Part shown: positions 40,875-50,209 of the stretch, in pieces
Layout: each line of letters begins with the position of its first letter
Position numbering within the stretch: the first letter of the stretch is position 1
NCBI GenBank assembly: GCA_037142615.1
Contig: JBAXAI010000022.1
Location: forward strand, 1-62,075
Source of the DNA: Spirochaetales bacterium
GTDB lineage: Bacteria; Spirochaetota; Spirochaetia; JABEVK01
DNA length: 62,075 bases
Direction of reading: 5' to 3'
The notes under the pieces: generated by a model
What the model saw: the letters and a program-made list of their open reading frames with translations, nothing else
What the model was told of the DNA's origin: nothing
The model's database searches: none
Translations under genes and position numbers: made by a program

Positions 40875-41134
40875 ACGCCCAGCAGCAAACTTGGGTCAGC
40901 GAACTCAGCCCAACGCTTTTTTGGGACGCTGACCGAGCTACCCTGGACGCCCAGCAGCACCTCAAAACGATCCTCGAGCGCGTGCTCGAGCGCGGAACCT
41001 GGCAGGACTGGTCGCTGGTGGCTGCCAACGTCTCGAAGGCCGAGATGCTCGGCATGCTGCCGCGGCTCCGTGTTCCCCCCCGGGAGCTGAACTTTGTGAA
41101 GATGTTTCTGGACAAGGATGATCTCGCACCATAG
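40871..41134 (+). CDS. DUF6922-like putative antitoxin
   Basis: LSPTLFWDAD..LD....ILERVLERGTWQDW; directly upstream of AbiEii. Confidence 0.75.
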   Translation: MNAQQQTWVSELSPTLFWDADRATLDAQQHLKTILERVLERGTWQDWSLVAANVSKAEMLGMLPRLRVPPRELNFVKMFLDKDDLAP

Positions 41135-41741
41135 CGTCAAGCCGGCACTTTTGGCCCTCTTGAGAACGTTCATGAGCCACAACGAGCTGGCCGAGTTCGT
41201 CCTCGTTGACGACACATCCCTCGGGCTCCGCTACGGGTACCGCGAGTCTGACGACATCGACCTGTTCTGCCACCCGGGTTTCGACCCGCAACGGCTGCGC
41301 GACATACTCGAAGCCTCTTTTCCGGGAATCAGCATCACCAGCGTCAGCGGTCCCGGAGTTTTCGCCAATCTTGACGGCGTCAAAGTCGACTTCGTCAAAC
41401 ATCCGCAGGCCTGGTTGGAACCGCACGAAACCCTCGACGGAATCCGGATGGCGTCCCTGCAAGACGTGTCGGCGATGAAAATCAATGCCGTCATCGGCCG
41501 AGGCTCCAAGAAGGACTTCTCGGATCTGCTTTTTCTGCACGAAAACGGCCTCGTGCTGAGCCAGTCGCTCCGCAACTTCGAGCTTAAGTACGGCAACAGT
41601 CTGCTGTTCGCGGCCATTCGGAGTTTGGGGTACTTTGACGACACCCGGGGAACCGCAGACCCGCTGTACCTCAACGGCTGGACCTGGGAAGAAGTGCAAC
41701 GCAAAATGACCGTTCTCGCGAAACAAGCGGCAAGCAAGTAA
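41118..41741 (+). CDS. AbiEii/AbiGii-family nucleotidyltransferase toxin (motif degenerate)
   Basis: LVDDTSLGLRYGYRESDDIDLF, VKVDF, AMKINAVIGRGSKKDFSDL. Confidence 0.8.
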   Translation: MISHHSVKPALLALLRTFMSHNELAEFVLVDDTSLGLRYGYRESDDIDLFCHPGFDPQRLRDILEASFPGISITSVSGPGVFANLDGVKVDFVKHPQAWLEPHETLDGIRMASLQDVSAMKINAVIGRGSKKDFSDLLFLHENGLVLSQSLRNFELKYGNSLLFAAIRSLGYFDDTRGTADPLYLNGWTWEEVQRKMTVLAKQAASK

Positions 41742-41756
41742 TAGGGATACCAATTG

Positions 41757-42158
41757 ATGGAGTCCGACGTCCGCTGGCTTCAGCGCCTGGAAAACTTCGA
41801 AAAAGCCGTTGGCACCCTCGGTAAGGTTCTCGACAAACCAGAGCTCGACGTGTACCAAAGGGCCGGGCTGATTCAGTTCTTCGAAATGTCCTTTGAGCTG
41901 GGTTGGAACGTGCTCAAGGACTACTTGGAGCACCAGGGGATCGCCGACGTTGGCACACCGCGGGCGGCCGTCAAAAAAGCCTTCGAAGTCGGTTTGATTG
42001 CCGACGGCCGCCAATGGCTCAAGGGACTGGAAGACCGGAACCTGACCTCGCACACGTACAACGAAGCTGTCGCCGACCGGGTGGTCGACTTGGTTCGCGA
42101 CTCGTACTTTCCTCTTTTTCAGGAACTCCTCAACACCATGGCAGCAAAAAAGGCATGA
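41757..42158 (+). CDS. HEPN protein, HI0074 / nucleotidyltransferase substrate-binding family
   Basis: RWLQRLENF, GLIQFFEMSFELGWNVLKDYL, DRNLTSHTY. Confidence 0.9.
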   Translation: MESDVRWLQRLENFEKAVGTLGKVLDKPELDVYQRAGLIQFFEMSFELGWNVLKDYLEHQGIADVGTPRAAVKKAFEVGLIADGRQWLKGLEDRNLTSHTYNEAVADRVVDLVRDSYFPLFQELLNTMAAKKA

Positions 42159-42475
42159 ACATTCCCGGCCTCAGCGAGCTCGACCTTTCCGACGTCAACC
42201 AGGCCTTTCTGCAGGTACCGCAAGTCGAAAAAGCCGTGTTGTTCGGCAGCCGGGCCAAAGGAACCGCCAAACGGGGCAGCGACGTCGATCTGGCCTTGTG
42301 GGGCAAGGCACTCGACCGGAGCGCGCTGGTCGACCTGAGTGTTCTGCTCAACCAAGAAGGGTGCTTACCGTATCAGTTTGATCTCGTCGACTTTGAAACC
42401 GTCGACAACCCGGCCCTCAGGGAACACATCGAACGCGTCGGCATCGTGGTTTATGAGAAAGGTATGACCAAATGA
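42155..42475 (+). CDS. MNT nucleotidyltransferase (HI0073-like)
   Basis: LFGSRAKGTAKRGSDVDLAL, LPYQFDLVD, LREHIERVG. Confidence 0.9.
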   Translation: MNIPGLSELDLSDVNQAFLQVPQVEKAVLFGSRAKGTAKRGSDVDLALWGKALDRSALVDLSVLLNQEGCLPYQFDLVDFETVDNPALREHIERVGIVVYEKGMTK

Positions 42476-43488
42476 CCAACCTTATCCTGTGCGGTGGCTC
42501 TGGCACCCGCCTGTGGCCGCTGAGCCGGCCTGAGATGCCCAAGCAGTTTTACCCCTTGTTTGCGGGGCGCAGCCTTTTTGAGATGACGGTGGACCGCAAT
42601 AAGGCGCTGGCCGACCACTTTTACGTGGCCAGCAACCAGCTGCAGATGGGGCTGGCGACAGCCCAGCTGGCCAAGTGCGGCGTCACCAAGTTTGGCAGTC
42701 TGGTCGAGCCCGTGGGCCGCAACACCGCTCCGGCCATCGCGCTGGCATGTATGGCTTTGGTGGCGACGGGCAAGGCCGACGAGCTGGTGTTGGTCACCCC
42801 CAGCGACCACCTGATGACCAAGCCTGCCGACTATGAGCGCGCCGTGAAACGCGCGGGCGAGTTGGCCGCCCAAGGTTATCTGGTGACCTTTGGCATCGCA
42901 CCCACGTACGCCGAAACTGGATTTGGGTACATCGAGGCCCGGGGCGAAGACGTGGTCAGCTTCCGCGAAAAGCCCGACCAGGCCACCGCCGAGGGGTACC
43001 TGCGCAGCGGCAAGCACTTTTGGAACAGCGGCATGTTTGTGTTCCGCGCCGGGGTGTTCTTGGCCGAACTGCAAAAGCATTCGCCCGAAGTGTACCGCAC
43101 CTGTGCCGCCGTAACCAGCGTGACGCGCGAGGCCATGATGGCAATCCCCGCCATCTCGATCGACTACGCCGTGATGGAAAAGACCGCCTTGGCCAAAGTG
43201 GTGGCCAGCGACCCTGGGTGGAGCGACCTGGGGAGCTTCGACGCGCTGTACGACGAAGTGGTGCCGCGCACCGATGGCAACCGGGTGCTGGGTGCTGGCG
43301 AGCCGGTCTTTGTCGAATCGTCGGGCAACCTGGTGGTGACCAGTGGCCGCCAGGTGGCGCTGGTGGGCGTGACCGACCTGCTGGTGGTCGACTCGCCCCA
43401 TGGCTTGCTGGTAGCTCGCCGGGGTGCCAGTCAGAGTGTCAAAGAAGTGTCTTCAAGATTGCAGTCCAGCGGGAGTTCGAATGCCTAG
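42472..43488 (+). CDS. manC: Mannose-1-phosphate guanylyltransferase
   Basis: ILCGGSGTRLWPLSR..PKQF, EPVGRNTAPAI, FREKP, WNSGMF, WSDLGSF. Confidence 0.95.
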   Translation: MTNLILCGGSGTRLWPLSRPEMPKQFYPLFAGRSLFEMTVDRNKALADHFYVASNQLQMGLATAQLAKCGVTKFGSLVEPVGRNTAPAIALACMALVATGKADELVLVTPSDHLMTKPADYERAVKRAGELAAQGYLVTFGIAPTYAETGFGYIEARGEDVVSFREKPDQATAEGYLRSGKHFWNSGMFVFRAGVFLAELQKHSPEVYRTCAAVTSVTREAMMAIPAISIDYAVMEKTALAKVVASDPGWSDLGSFDALYDEVVPRTDGNRVLGAGEPVFVESSGNLVVTSGRQVALVGVTDLLVVDSPHGLLVARRGASQSVKEVSSRLQSSGSSNA

Positions 43489-44731
43489 ACTTCGTGTCGT
43501 GAACTTCGGCCCCATTCGGGGGGGACTGCTAGAAAACGACGGATGGATCGATTTCTCCCGTGTCATGCTTTTCGTCGGCAACCAAGGCTCAGGAAAAAGC
43601 ACCGTCGCCAAGTTGTTCTCGACTTTTTCGTGGATCGAAAAAGCCCTTGTAAGGGGAGACTACGACCAACGTTGGTTCGGGCGAAAGAATCGACTCAGAA
43701 CGCAGTTTTTGAAATACCATCGACTTGAGAACTTTCTTGAGCTGGACGGCACCGACAAAGCCACCATCGAGTACGAGGGTGATGCCTATGCCATTCACTA
43801 CGCTCAAGGCCAAATGACAATCAGTGAGCGGACATCGGGCTCCTACCACCTGCCTCAGGTGCTGTACGTGCCAGCAGAACGCAACTTCCTTGCCTATGTC
43901 AGAAATCCTCAGGGGCTTAAGCTCGTATCCGATGCCCTCAAGGAATTCGTCACTGAGTTTGAAAACGCGAAGCTTAGCATCAGGAACGCGGTTAACCTGC
44001 CGATCAACGGCGCGGAACTCGAGTACGACAAACTCAACGACCTTCTGAATGTCCGGGCCCCCGGCTACAAATTGCGATTGACCGACGCTTCGAGTGGTTT
44101 CCAGTCGTTTGTCCCGCTCTACTTGGTATCAAAGCACCTCGCCGATACCGTGCAACAACACGCTGAAGCGGTCAACGATACCATGAGCGCCGACGAACTG
44201 GAGCGGTTCAAGGCCGGGGTTGCGAGCATCTTTTCGAACGAATCGTTGACCGAAGAGCAGAAACGCGCCGCGATCTCGGTGTTGTCCTCCCGGTTTAACA
44301 AAACAGCGTTTGTCAACATTGTCGAAGAGCCCGAACAGAACCTTTTCCCTTCGTCTCAGTGGGCGGTTCTGCAGTGTCTGCTAGAGTTCAACAACCAGAC
44401 AAAACACAACCGGCTGGTGATGACTTCTCACAGTCCTTACATCGTCAATTTCCTCAGTATCGCAGTGCAGGGGCAAGAGCTCTCCAGGAAGATCGAATCT
44501 GTACGCCCTGGCGACAAAACCCTGCTCAACCGGCTTGACGGCGTTGTGTCGCGTGGGGCTTTGGTTGATGGAAGCCAGGTTTCGATTTACCAGCTGGATG
44601 AGGATGCCGGAACAATCCGACGCCTCGAATCGAGCGATGGCTTTCCGAGCGAAAGGAATTACCTGAACGACTCCTTGCGGGAGGGTAATCGGCGGTTTGA
44701 TGAGCTCCTGGAAATCGAAGGTGAGCTTTAG
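43481..44731 (+). CDS. ABC-type ATPase, AAA_15/AAA_21-like (defence/TA-associated type)
   Basis: GNQGSGKST, YVPAERN, ASSGFQS, IVEEPEQNLFP, MTSHSPY; no permease partner. Confidence 0.85.
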   Translation: MPRLRVVNFGPIRGGLLENDGWIDFSRVMLFVGNQGSGKSTVAKLFSTFSWIEKALVRGDYDQRWFGRKNRLRTQFLKYHRLENFLELDGTDKATIEYEGDAYAIHYAQGQMTISERTSGSYHLPQVLYVPAERNFLAYVRNPQGLKLVSDALKEFVTEFENAKLSIRNAVNLPINGAELEYDKLNDLLNVRAPGYKLRLTDASSGFQSFVPLYLVSKHLADTVQQHAEAVNDTMSADELERFKAGVASIFSNESLTEEQKRAAISVLSSRFNKTAFVNIVEEPEQNLFPSSQWAVLQCLLEFNNQTKHNRLVMTSHSPYIVNFLSIAVQGQELSRKIESVRPGDKTLLNRLDGVVSRGALVDGSQVSIYQLDEDAGTIRRLESSDGFPSERNYLNDSLREGNRRFDELLEIEGEL

Positions 44732-44732
44732 C

Positions 44733-45218
44733 ATGGACTTTTTCCAGGCGGCTTGCCAAACGGGACCGCATTTGGCGCCGGTTTTTGGGCTTTGCGATGA
44801 CAGGCATGGTGGTGTCGCGTACGTTGATTCTTCGGTTCCTGAACGATGGATCGCCACCGTCAAAAACCCCTCAGGGAATGCCGTTGAATTCACCGCCATC
44901 GATAAGTGCGTCATCCGCGACGGTGAGTACCAAGAGCGGGGACGTTGCGATGGCATGCTAACCGTGCCCGGGCTGCTCTACCTTGTCGAACTGAAGGACA
45001 AGGATCCGCCGTGGCAGAGCCTCGCGATCGAGCAGCTCGTTTCGACCATTGAGTTCCTTAAGCAGCACCATGATCTGAGGCCCTACAAGCGCAAAAAGGC
45101 TTTTGCGTGCAACAAGCGAAAGCCCGCTTTCGTTGAAATTGATCACGAGACCAACCGGAACTTCTATCGGCAACATGGCTTTCGCCTCGATATGCAAGCG
45201 ACGATTGTGGTCATCTAG
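44733..45218 (+). CDS. Hypothetical protein with PD-(D/E)xK-like motif
   Basis: FTAIDKC...RCDGML....LYLVELKD...AIEQL; 1 nt after the ATPase stop. Confidence 0.7.
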   Translation: MDFFQAACQTGPHLAPVFGLCDDRHGGVAYVDSSVPERWIATVKNPSGNAVEFTAIDKCVIRDGEYQERGRCDGMLTVPGLLYLVELKDKDPPWQSLAIEQLVSTIEFLKQHHDLRPYKRKKAFACNKRKPAFVEIDHETNRNFYRQHGFRLDMQATIVVI

Positions 45219-45232
45219 GAGAAGGAACCCCA

Positions 45233-46105
45233 ATGAAAGGCATCATTCTTGCCGGCGGAGCCGGCACCCGGTTGTTCCCTGCGACCCGTGTGGTTTGCAA
45301 ACAGCTCTTGCCGGTGTACGACAAACCCATGATCTATTACCCTCTGAGCACGCTCATGCTGGCGGGAATCCAAGAGATTCTGGTGATCAGCACGCCCGCC
45401 GACACGCCCCGCTTCCGCGACCTGCTAGGCGATGGCTCCGACTTGGGCCTCAAGTTGCAGTATAAGGTGCAAGACGTGCCCAACGGCCTGGCGCAGGCTT
45501 TTGTGTTGGGCAAGGAATTCATTGGCAACGATTCGGTGTGCTTGGTGCCCGGCGACAACATTTTCTTTGGTCACGACTTTTCGAAGTTGCTGGCCAACGC
45601 CAAGGCTCAGAAGAGCGGCTCCACCGTGTTTGGCTATCAAGTGGCCGACCCGCAACGTTACGGCGTGGCCGAGTTCGACAAGACGGGCAAGGTGCTGTCG
45701 ATCGAAGAGAAGCCCACCCAGCCCAAGAGCAACTTTGCGGTGGTCGGGCTGTACTTCTACGACAACCAGGTGGTCGACATCGCCACCAACCTGAAGCCCT
45801 CGGCCCGGGGCGAGTACGAGATCACCGACGTGAACCGCGAGTACCTGCGGCGAGGTGCGCTGCAGGTGGAACTGATGGGCCGGGGTTTTGCTTGGCTCGA
45901 CACCGGTACCCACGAAAGCCTGGTCGACGCCACCAACTTTGTGAAGGCCATCGAGGACCGCCAAGGGCTGAAGATTGCGTGCATTGAAGAGATCGCCTAC
46001 CGCCAGGGCTTTATCGACCGTGCGCAGTTCCTCAAGTTGGCCGAAGCGCTCAAAAAATCCACCTACGGTGAGTACCTGTTCCGGGTTGCTCACGACACCC
46101 AATAG
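45233..46105 (+). CDS. rfbA: Glucose-1-phosphate thymidylyltransferase, copy 1
   Basis: [46 protein letters not shown]. Confidence 0.96.
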   Translation: MKGIILAGGAGTRLFPATRVVCKQLLPVYDKPMIYYPLSTLMLAGIQEILVISTPADTPRFRDLLGDGSDLGLKLQYKVQDVPNGLAQAFVLGKEFIGNDSVCLVPGDNIFFGHDFSKLLANAKAQKSGSTVFGYQVADPQRYGVAEFDKTGKVLSIEEKPTQPKSNFAVVGLYFYDNQVVDIATNLKPSARGEYEITDVNREYLRRGALQVELMGRGFAWLDTGTHESLVDATNFVKAIEDRQGLKIACIEEIAYRQGFIDRAQFLKLAEALKKSTYGEYLFRVAHDTQ

Positions 46106-46106
46106 A

Positions 46107-46667
46107 ATGCCCGCTTCGTTTACGCCCGGACCGCTTGCGGGCTTGGTGATCATCCAGCCGCGCGTTTTCCCCGACGGACGGGGCAGTTTTTTCGAGACGT
46201 ACAAGCAAACCGAGTACGCGTCCAACGGGGTCGCCGACGCCTTCGTGCAAGACAACCACAGCGTCAGCACCCAGGGTGTGCTCCGGGGTTTGCATTTTCA
46301 GAACCCGCCGTTTGTGCAGGGCAAGCTGGTCCGCGTGATCCAGGGGTGCGTGTGGGATGTAGCGGTCGATCTTCGCCCGGAAAGCCCCACGTTTGGCCGA
46401 TGGTTTGGGCTGGAGCTCAGTGCTGAGAACCGGACTCAGTTCTATATTCCCGCGGGTTTTGGCCACGGGTTTGTCACTCTCAGCGAGACGGCGGAGTTTG
46501 TGTACAAGTGCACTGCCGAATACAACAAGGCCAGCGAAGGCGGGGTAAGGTGGGACGACCCGACCCTCGGCATTGCCTGGCCCTTGGCGGGGCTCGAGGT
46601 TTCCGTTTCGGACAAGGAGGCCGCGCTGCCGTTCCTTGAACGCCCCGAGTTGAAGGGCGCGCATTGA
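46107..46667 (+). CDS. rfbC: dTDP-4-dehydrorhamnose 3,5-epimerase, copy 1
   Basis: DGRGSFFE, FVQDNHS, GVLRGLHFQ, QGKLVRV, DVAVDLR. Confidence 0.95.
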   Translation: MPASFTPGPLAGLVIIQPRVFPDGRGSFFETYKQTEYASNGVADAFVQDNHSVSTQGVLRGLHFQNPPFVQGKLVRVIQGCVWDVAVDLRPESPTFGRWFGLELSAENRTQFYIPAGFGHGFVTLSETAEFVYKCTAEYNKASEGGVRWDDPTLGIAWPLAGLEVSVSDKEAALPFLERPELKGAH

Positions 46668-47851
46668 TCCGACGAATGGCCATCGACAACTTCAAATCTC
46701 TGGTCGGTTTTGAGCTGCCAAAGTACCCCGGCTCGCTGCCATCCTTTGTGTGCCTCACGGGACTCAATGGCGCAGGCAAGACGGCCCTATTGCAGGCCTT
46801 TGACTTTCTGGCTCAGCTGACCCGCGGACAGATGAAGGCTTGGCTGGTGACTAGAGACTGGAAAGCCTCGGAGCTAAAAAGCAAGTTCAGCAAGCTCCAA
46901 ACCATTGCCTTCTCGCTCGAGATCGATTTGGGTGAACAAGGTGGTGTCGTTGTCTGGTCGGGTTCTTATAATGTGGCCCAGAGCCGCTGCACCTCAGAAT
47001 CGCTCAAAAGGGACGGCCTCGCGCTGTTCGAGCTCTCCGAAGGGCTGTTGACCTTCCTTGATCGAAAAGCCAACAAGGCGACCCAGTTGTCGGTTTCCGC
47101 TTTGGTTTACGAAGGTTCTGTGCTCACGTTGGTTAGCCTGTCCCAAGTGGCACCAGCCATCGAAGGATTTGTCCGGTTCATGCGGGGCCTCAAATCGCTC
47201 GAGCTTCTTTCGCCCCATTTGATCCGGCGGAGGTCCAAGGAATCGGCTGACGTTGGCTATGGCGGTGAAAAGCTCTCTGGTTTTTTGCACGCCCTGAGCC
47301 CGGAGCAGAAAGGTCGGCTCCAACAGAAGCTCCACCAGTTCTATCCAAGGCTTTCGGCCGTAGAAACCACGGGACTTCGCGCGGGCTGGAAGAATCTTTC
47401 AGCAGTTGAAAAGTTTGATGGGGGTACGCAAGGGCTCGTTGCCGTTGAAACCGACGCCAGGCACCTCAACGATGGAATGCTAAGAATCCTCGCCATCTTG
47501 GCTCAAGCCTACTCAGACCACCCGGTCGTTCTTCTCGATGAAATAGAAAACGGAATCAACGCCGAGCTCACGGGCGAGCTTGTTGCGGCGCTTCTCGAGC
47601 TCGCAGCTTCAGGAAAACAGATCATCGTCACCACCCACAGCCCCATGATTCTCAACTGGCTGACCGAGGCTCAAGCAGGCGAGTCGGTGTTTTACCTTTA
47701 CCGAACTTCTGCGGGACACACTAAAGTGCAGCGGTTCTTTGATTTTCCCGGTGCAAGGCAGGACCTTTCCCTCTTGGGCCCTGGCGAGGTCTTTGCGAAC
47801 ACTTCGCTTACCGAGGCGGCACAGTTTTTCGCCAGCCAAGGATCCCTGTGA
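46664..47851 (+). CDS. ABC-type ATPase, AAA_21-like (defence-associated type)
   Basis: IDNFKSL, GLNGAGKT, LNDGMLR, LLDEIENGIN, IVTTHSP. Confidence 0.85.
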   Translation: MIRRMAIDNFKSLVGFELPKYPGSLPSFVCLTGLNGAGKTALLQAFDFLAQLTRGQMKAWLVTRDWKASELKSKFSKLQTIAFSLEIDLGEQGGVVVWSGSYNVAQSRCTSESLKRDGLALFELSEGLLTFLDRKANKATQLSVSALVYEGSVLTLVSLSQVAPAIEGFVRFMRGLKSLELLSPHLIRRRSKESADVGYGGEKLSGFLHALSPEQKGRLQQKLHQFYPRLSAVETTGLRAGWKNLSAVEKFDGGTQGLVAVETDARHLNDGMLRILAILAQAYSDHPVVLLDEIENGINAELTGELVAALLELAASGKQIIVTTHSPMILNWLTEAQAGESVFYLYRTSAGHTKVQRFFDFPGARQDLSLLGPGEVFANTSLTEAAQFFASQGSL

Positions 47852-48585
47852 TACTGGTGCTTTCCGGTGAAGGGAAGACGGACTTGGGACAGAACGACCC
47901 GACGCCCACGGGGCTCCGCTACCGCCCCGGCGCAATGGCATTAATTGTCGACCAGCTTGTCGTCGAGTTGACAGGCGATTCGCCACGGTTTGACCAAGAA
48001 TACGCCGATGAAGCACGAGCGTGTTTCATCGGTGAAGGCCAGCTGTCCAGGTTCAAACCACCGAAAGGGCAGGCTAAGTTCTTCCGAGGCCGCAAGTCGC
48101 ACCTTCACGCGCCTATGGCGCGACTCCTTGGTTACGCGGCCCAAAAAGTGGAGCACGAGACCGGCGAAACGACCGTCGCCGTCTTTTTTCGTGATTGCGA
48201 CGGAACGCAGTCGTCGTCACGTACCGAGTGGCAGGATAAGTTCGACTCCATCAAGGCGGGATTTCGCCTCGCCGGCTATTCTTCCGGAGTTCCTATGCTG
48301 CCCAAGCCAAAGTCGGAAGCGTGGTTGCTGTGCGCCCTCAAAGACCCGGCGTACCAGCACTGTGGTGCGCTCGAGGATGCTTCCGGCAACGATGCAAGCC
48401 CGAACTCCCTCAAAAAGCGACTTCAGTCCGTTCTCGAGAGTCGGACACAGGAAGACGTTGAAAACCTCGTCCGCGAGGGGAAAATCCGCGGGCTTTCGAT
48501 CGACATGCCGAGCTTTCGGGCTTTTCAGACGGAACTGGAGACCAAGGTGGTTTCGGCTGTGGCAAAGGAAAAGGGTAACTCATGA
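47848..48585 (+). CDS. Hypothetical protein, TOPRIM/DUF4276-like
   Basis: N-terminal LSGEGKTD, FFRDCD (DxD), SEAWLL; GTGA coupling to the ATPase. Confidence 0.7.
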   Translation: MILVLSGEGKTDLGQNDPTPTGLRYRPGAMALIVDQLVVELTGDSPRFDQEYADEARACFIGEGQLSRFKPPKGQAKFFRGRKSHLHAPMARLLGYAAQKVEHETGETTVAVFFRDCDGTQSSSRTEWQDKFDSIKAGFRLAGYSSGVPMLPKPKSEAWLLCALKDPAYQHCGALEDASGNDASPNSLKKRLQSVLESRTQEDVENLVREGKIRGLSIDMPSFRAFQTELETKVVSAVAKEKGNS

Positions 48586-49799
48586 TTTGGCTCGTAGGAG
48601 CCCGCGGCATGCTGGGCACAGACTTGGGTCGAGCGTTCAGCGCTGCGGGGCTGGATTGGGTGGGCACCGACCGCGAGGTCGACTTCACCGACCCCCAGGC
48701 TGTCGAAAACTTCGGTGTCGGCAAAGCCATCGACTGGGTGATCAACTGCGCCGCCTACACCGCCGTCGACAAGGCCGAGGACGAGCCCGAGCTGTGCCGC
48801 AAGCTCAACGTCGACGGGCCGGCGTGCCTGGCGCGCTGGGCGAGCGCTCACCGCGCGGCGCTGGTGCATATCTCGACCGACTACGTGTTCTCGGGGCAGG
48901 GCACCGTGCCCTACCGCGAAGACGATGCCGTGGCACCGCAAGGAATCTACGGCGTCACCAAGGCCGATGGCGAAAGGGCCATCCGCGACAGCTGCCCCCG
49001 CCACTACATTCTGCGCACCGCCTGGCTGTACGGCGTTGCCGGCCCGAATTTTATCACCACCATGCTCCGGCTGATGAACAGCAAAGACTCGCTGGGCGTG
49101 GTGGCCGACCAATGGGGAGCCCCGACGTGGACTCTTGACCTTGCCGCCGTCATCGTCGCGTTGATCCAAAAGGGTGGGGGCCAGTGGGGAACCTACCACG
49201 CCAGCGGCGAGGGCCAGTGCACGTGGCACGAGTTTGCCCTGGCCATTCTGCGCGAGGCCCAGGCGCGCGAGCTGGTACCACCCACCAAGGCTGTGACGGT
49301 GAATGCCCTGACCACCGACCAGTACCCCACCAAGGCCCAGCGCCCCGCGTGGTCGGTGCTGTCGAAAGACAAGCTAGATCGCGAGTTCGGGCTGAAAATG
49401 CCCGCGTGGCAAACCGGTTTGGTTGGGTTCTTGGATTCGTTGACGAACTATAGTGATGACCGCAGCACACTCCGGGAGCTGGCAGCGGCCGACCACGAGG
49501 TGATGCGCTTCTTGTTCGACTCCGGTCGGTATCTGTATGCCGTGCATTATTGCCAGCAGTCGTTGGAAAAGGCGCTGAAGGTGTTGGCAGCACTCTACCG
49601 GCCGCACCGCCGTTCCCACGACTTGGTGCAACTTGCCGAGGATGCTGCCGTGGCGCTCTCCCCCGAAGAGTTCAAGCTCGCGGAAGAGCTATCGGGCCAC
49701 TACCTGACCGGCCGCTACACGGAATCGTTGGCCGGAGTTGTCGATTCGAGTGAGGAACTATGGTTGCGCATCACCAAGCATCCAGCGTACTTCCTGTAG
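48582..49799 (+). CDS. rfbD: dTDP-4-dehydrorhamnose reductase fused in-frame to a C-terminal HEPN domain
   Basis: GARGMLG, INCAAYTAVDKAE, HISTDYVF, YGVTK, RPAWSVL; then YCQQSLEKALK..SHDLVQLA..GRY from about 49440. Confidence 0.88.
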   Translation: MIWLVGARGMLGTDLGRAFSAAGLDWVGTDREVDFTDPQAVENFGVGKAIDWVINCAAYTAVDKAEDEPELCRKLNVDGPACLARWASAHRAALVHISTDYVFSGQGTVPYREDDAVAPQGIYGVTKADGERAIRDSCPRHYILRTAWLYGVAGPNFITTMLRLMNSKDSLGVVADQWGAPTWTLDLAAVIVALIQKGGGQWGTYHASGEGQCTWHEFALAILREAQARELVPPTKAVTVNALTTDQYPTKAQRPAWSVLSKDKLDREFGLKMPAWQTGLVGFLDSLTNYSDDRSTLRELAAADHEVMRFLFDSGRYLYAVHYCQQSLEKALKVLAALYRPHRRSHDLVQLAEDAAVALSPEEFKLAEELSGHYLTGRYTESLAGVVDSSEELWLRITKHPAYFL

Positions 49800-50074
49800 T
49801 TCACGCCTTCTCGGCCCAGGTGAAGGGTTTGCCAGCGGTGCACCAGGTGTGGCTGTTCGGCTCCTGGGCGTACGGCAGTCCCGATGCTGAAAGCGATATC
49901 GACGTGGCCGTTGTCCTTTCCGATAGCGAGCCCGCGGCTGAGTTTGCCTTGCAGTCGTCGGCCCGCCTAGTTGATCGCCGCCTCGAAATCCATGGGTTTG
50001 CCCAGGCCGATTTCGACCGGGGACGCAGGGCGATCCTCCACGACATCAAGACCAAAGGGATTCGTATTCTGTGA
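49760..50074 (+). CDS. MNT nucleotidyltransferase
   Basis: WLFGSWAYGSPDAESDIDVAV, DIKTKGI; GAGGA RBS. Confidence 0.85.
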   Translation: MVAHHQASSVLPVVHAFSAQVKGLPAVHQVWLFGSWAYGSPDAESDIDVAVVLSDSEPAAEFALQSSARLVDRRLEIHGFAQADFDRGRRAILHDIKTKGIRIL

Positions 50075-50076
50075 AA

Positions 50077-50188
50077 AAGGCCGGGGGGCGCCAAGCCAGC
50101 CAGACCGCTCGTCTGGACTGACGCGCCCCCCGCCTTCGCCTCCTCGCGGCCAGGCCGCTGTGGGGGCTGCGGCTGCCCCGGGGGGCAA
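50077..50188. other. GC-rich multi-hairpin intergenic element
   Basis: CGGGGGGCGC (50082-91) pairs with GCGCCCCCCG (50123-32), inner CCAGAC/GTCTGG, plus GCGGC-CAG-GCCGC and further G/C stems. Confidence 0.6.
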
Positions 50189-50209
50189 TCAAGCACCAAG
50201 GAGTCTTCC

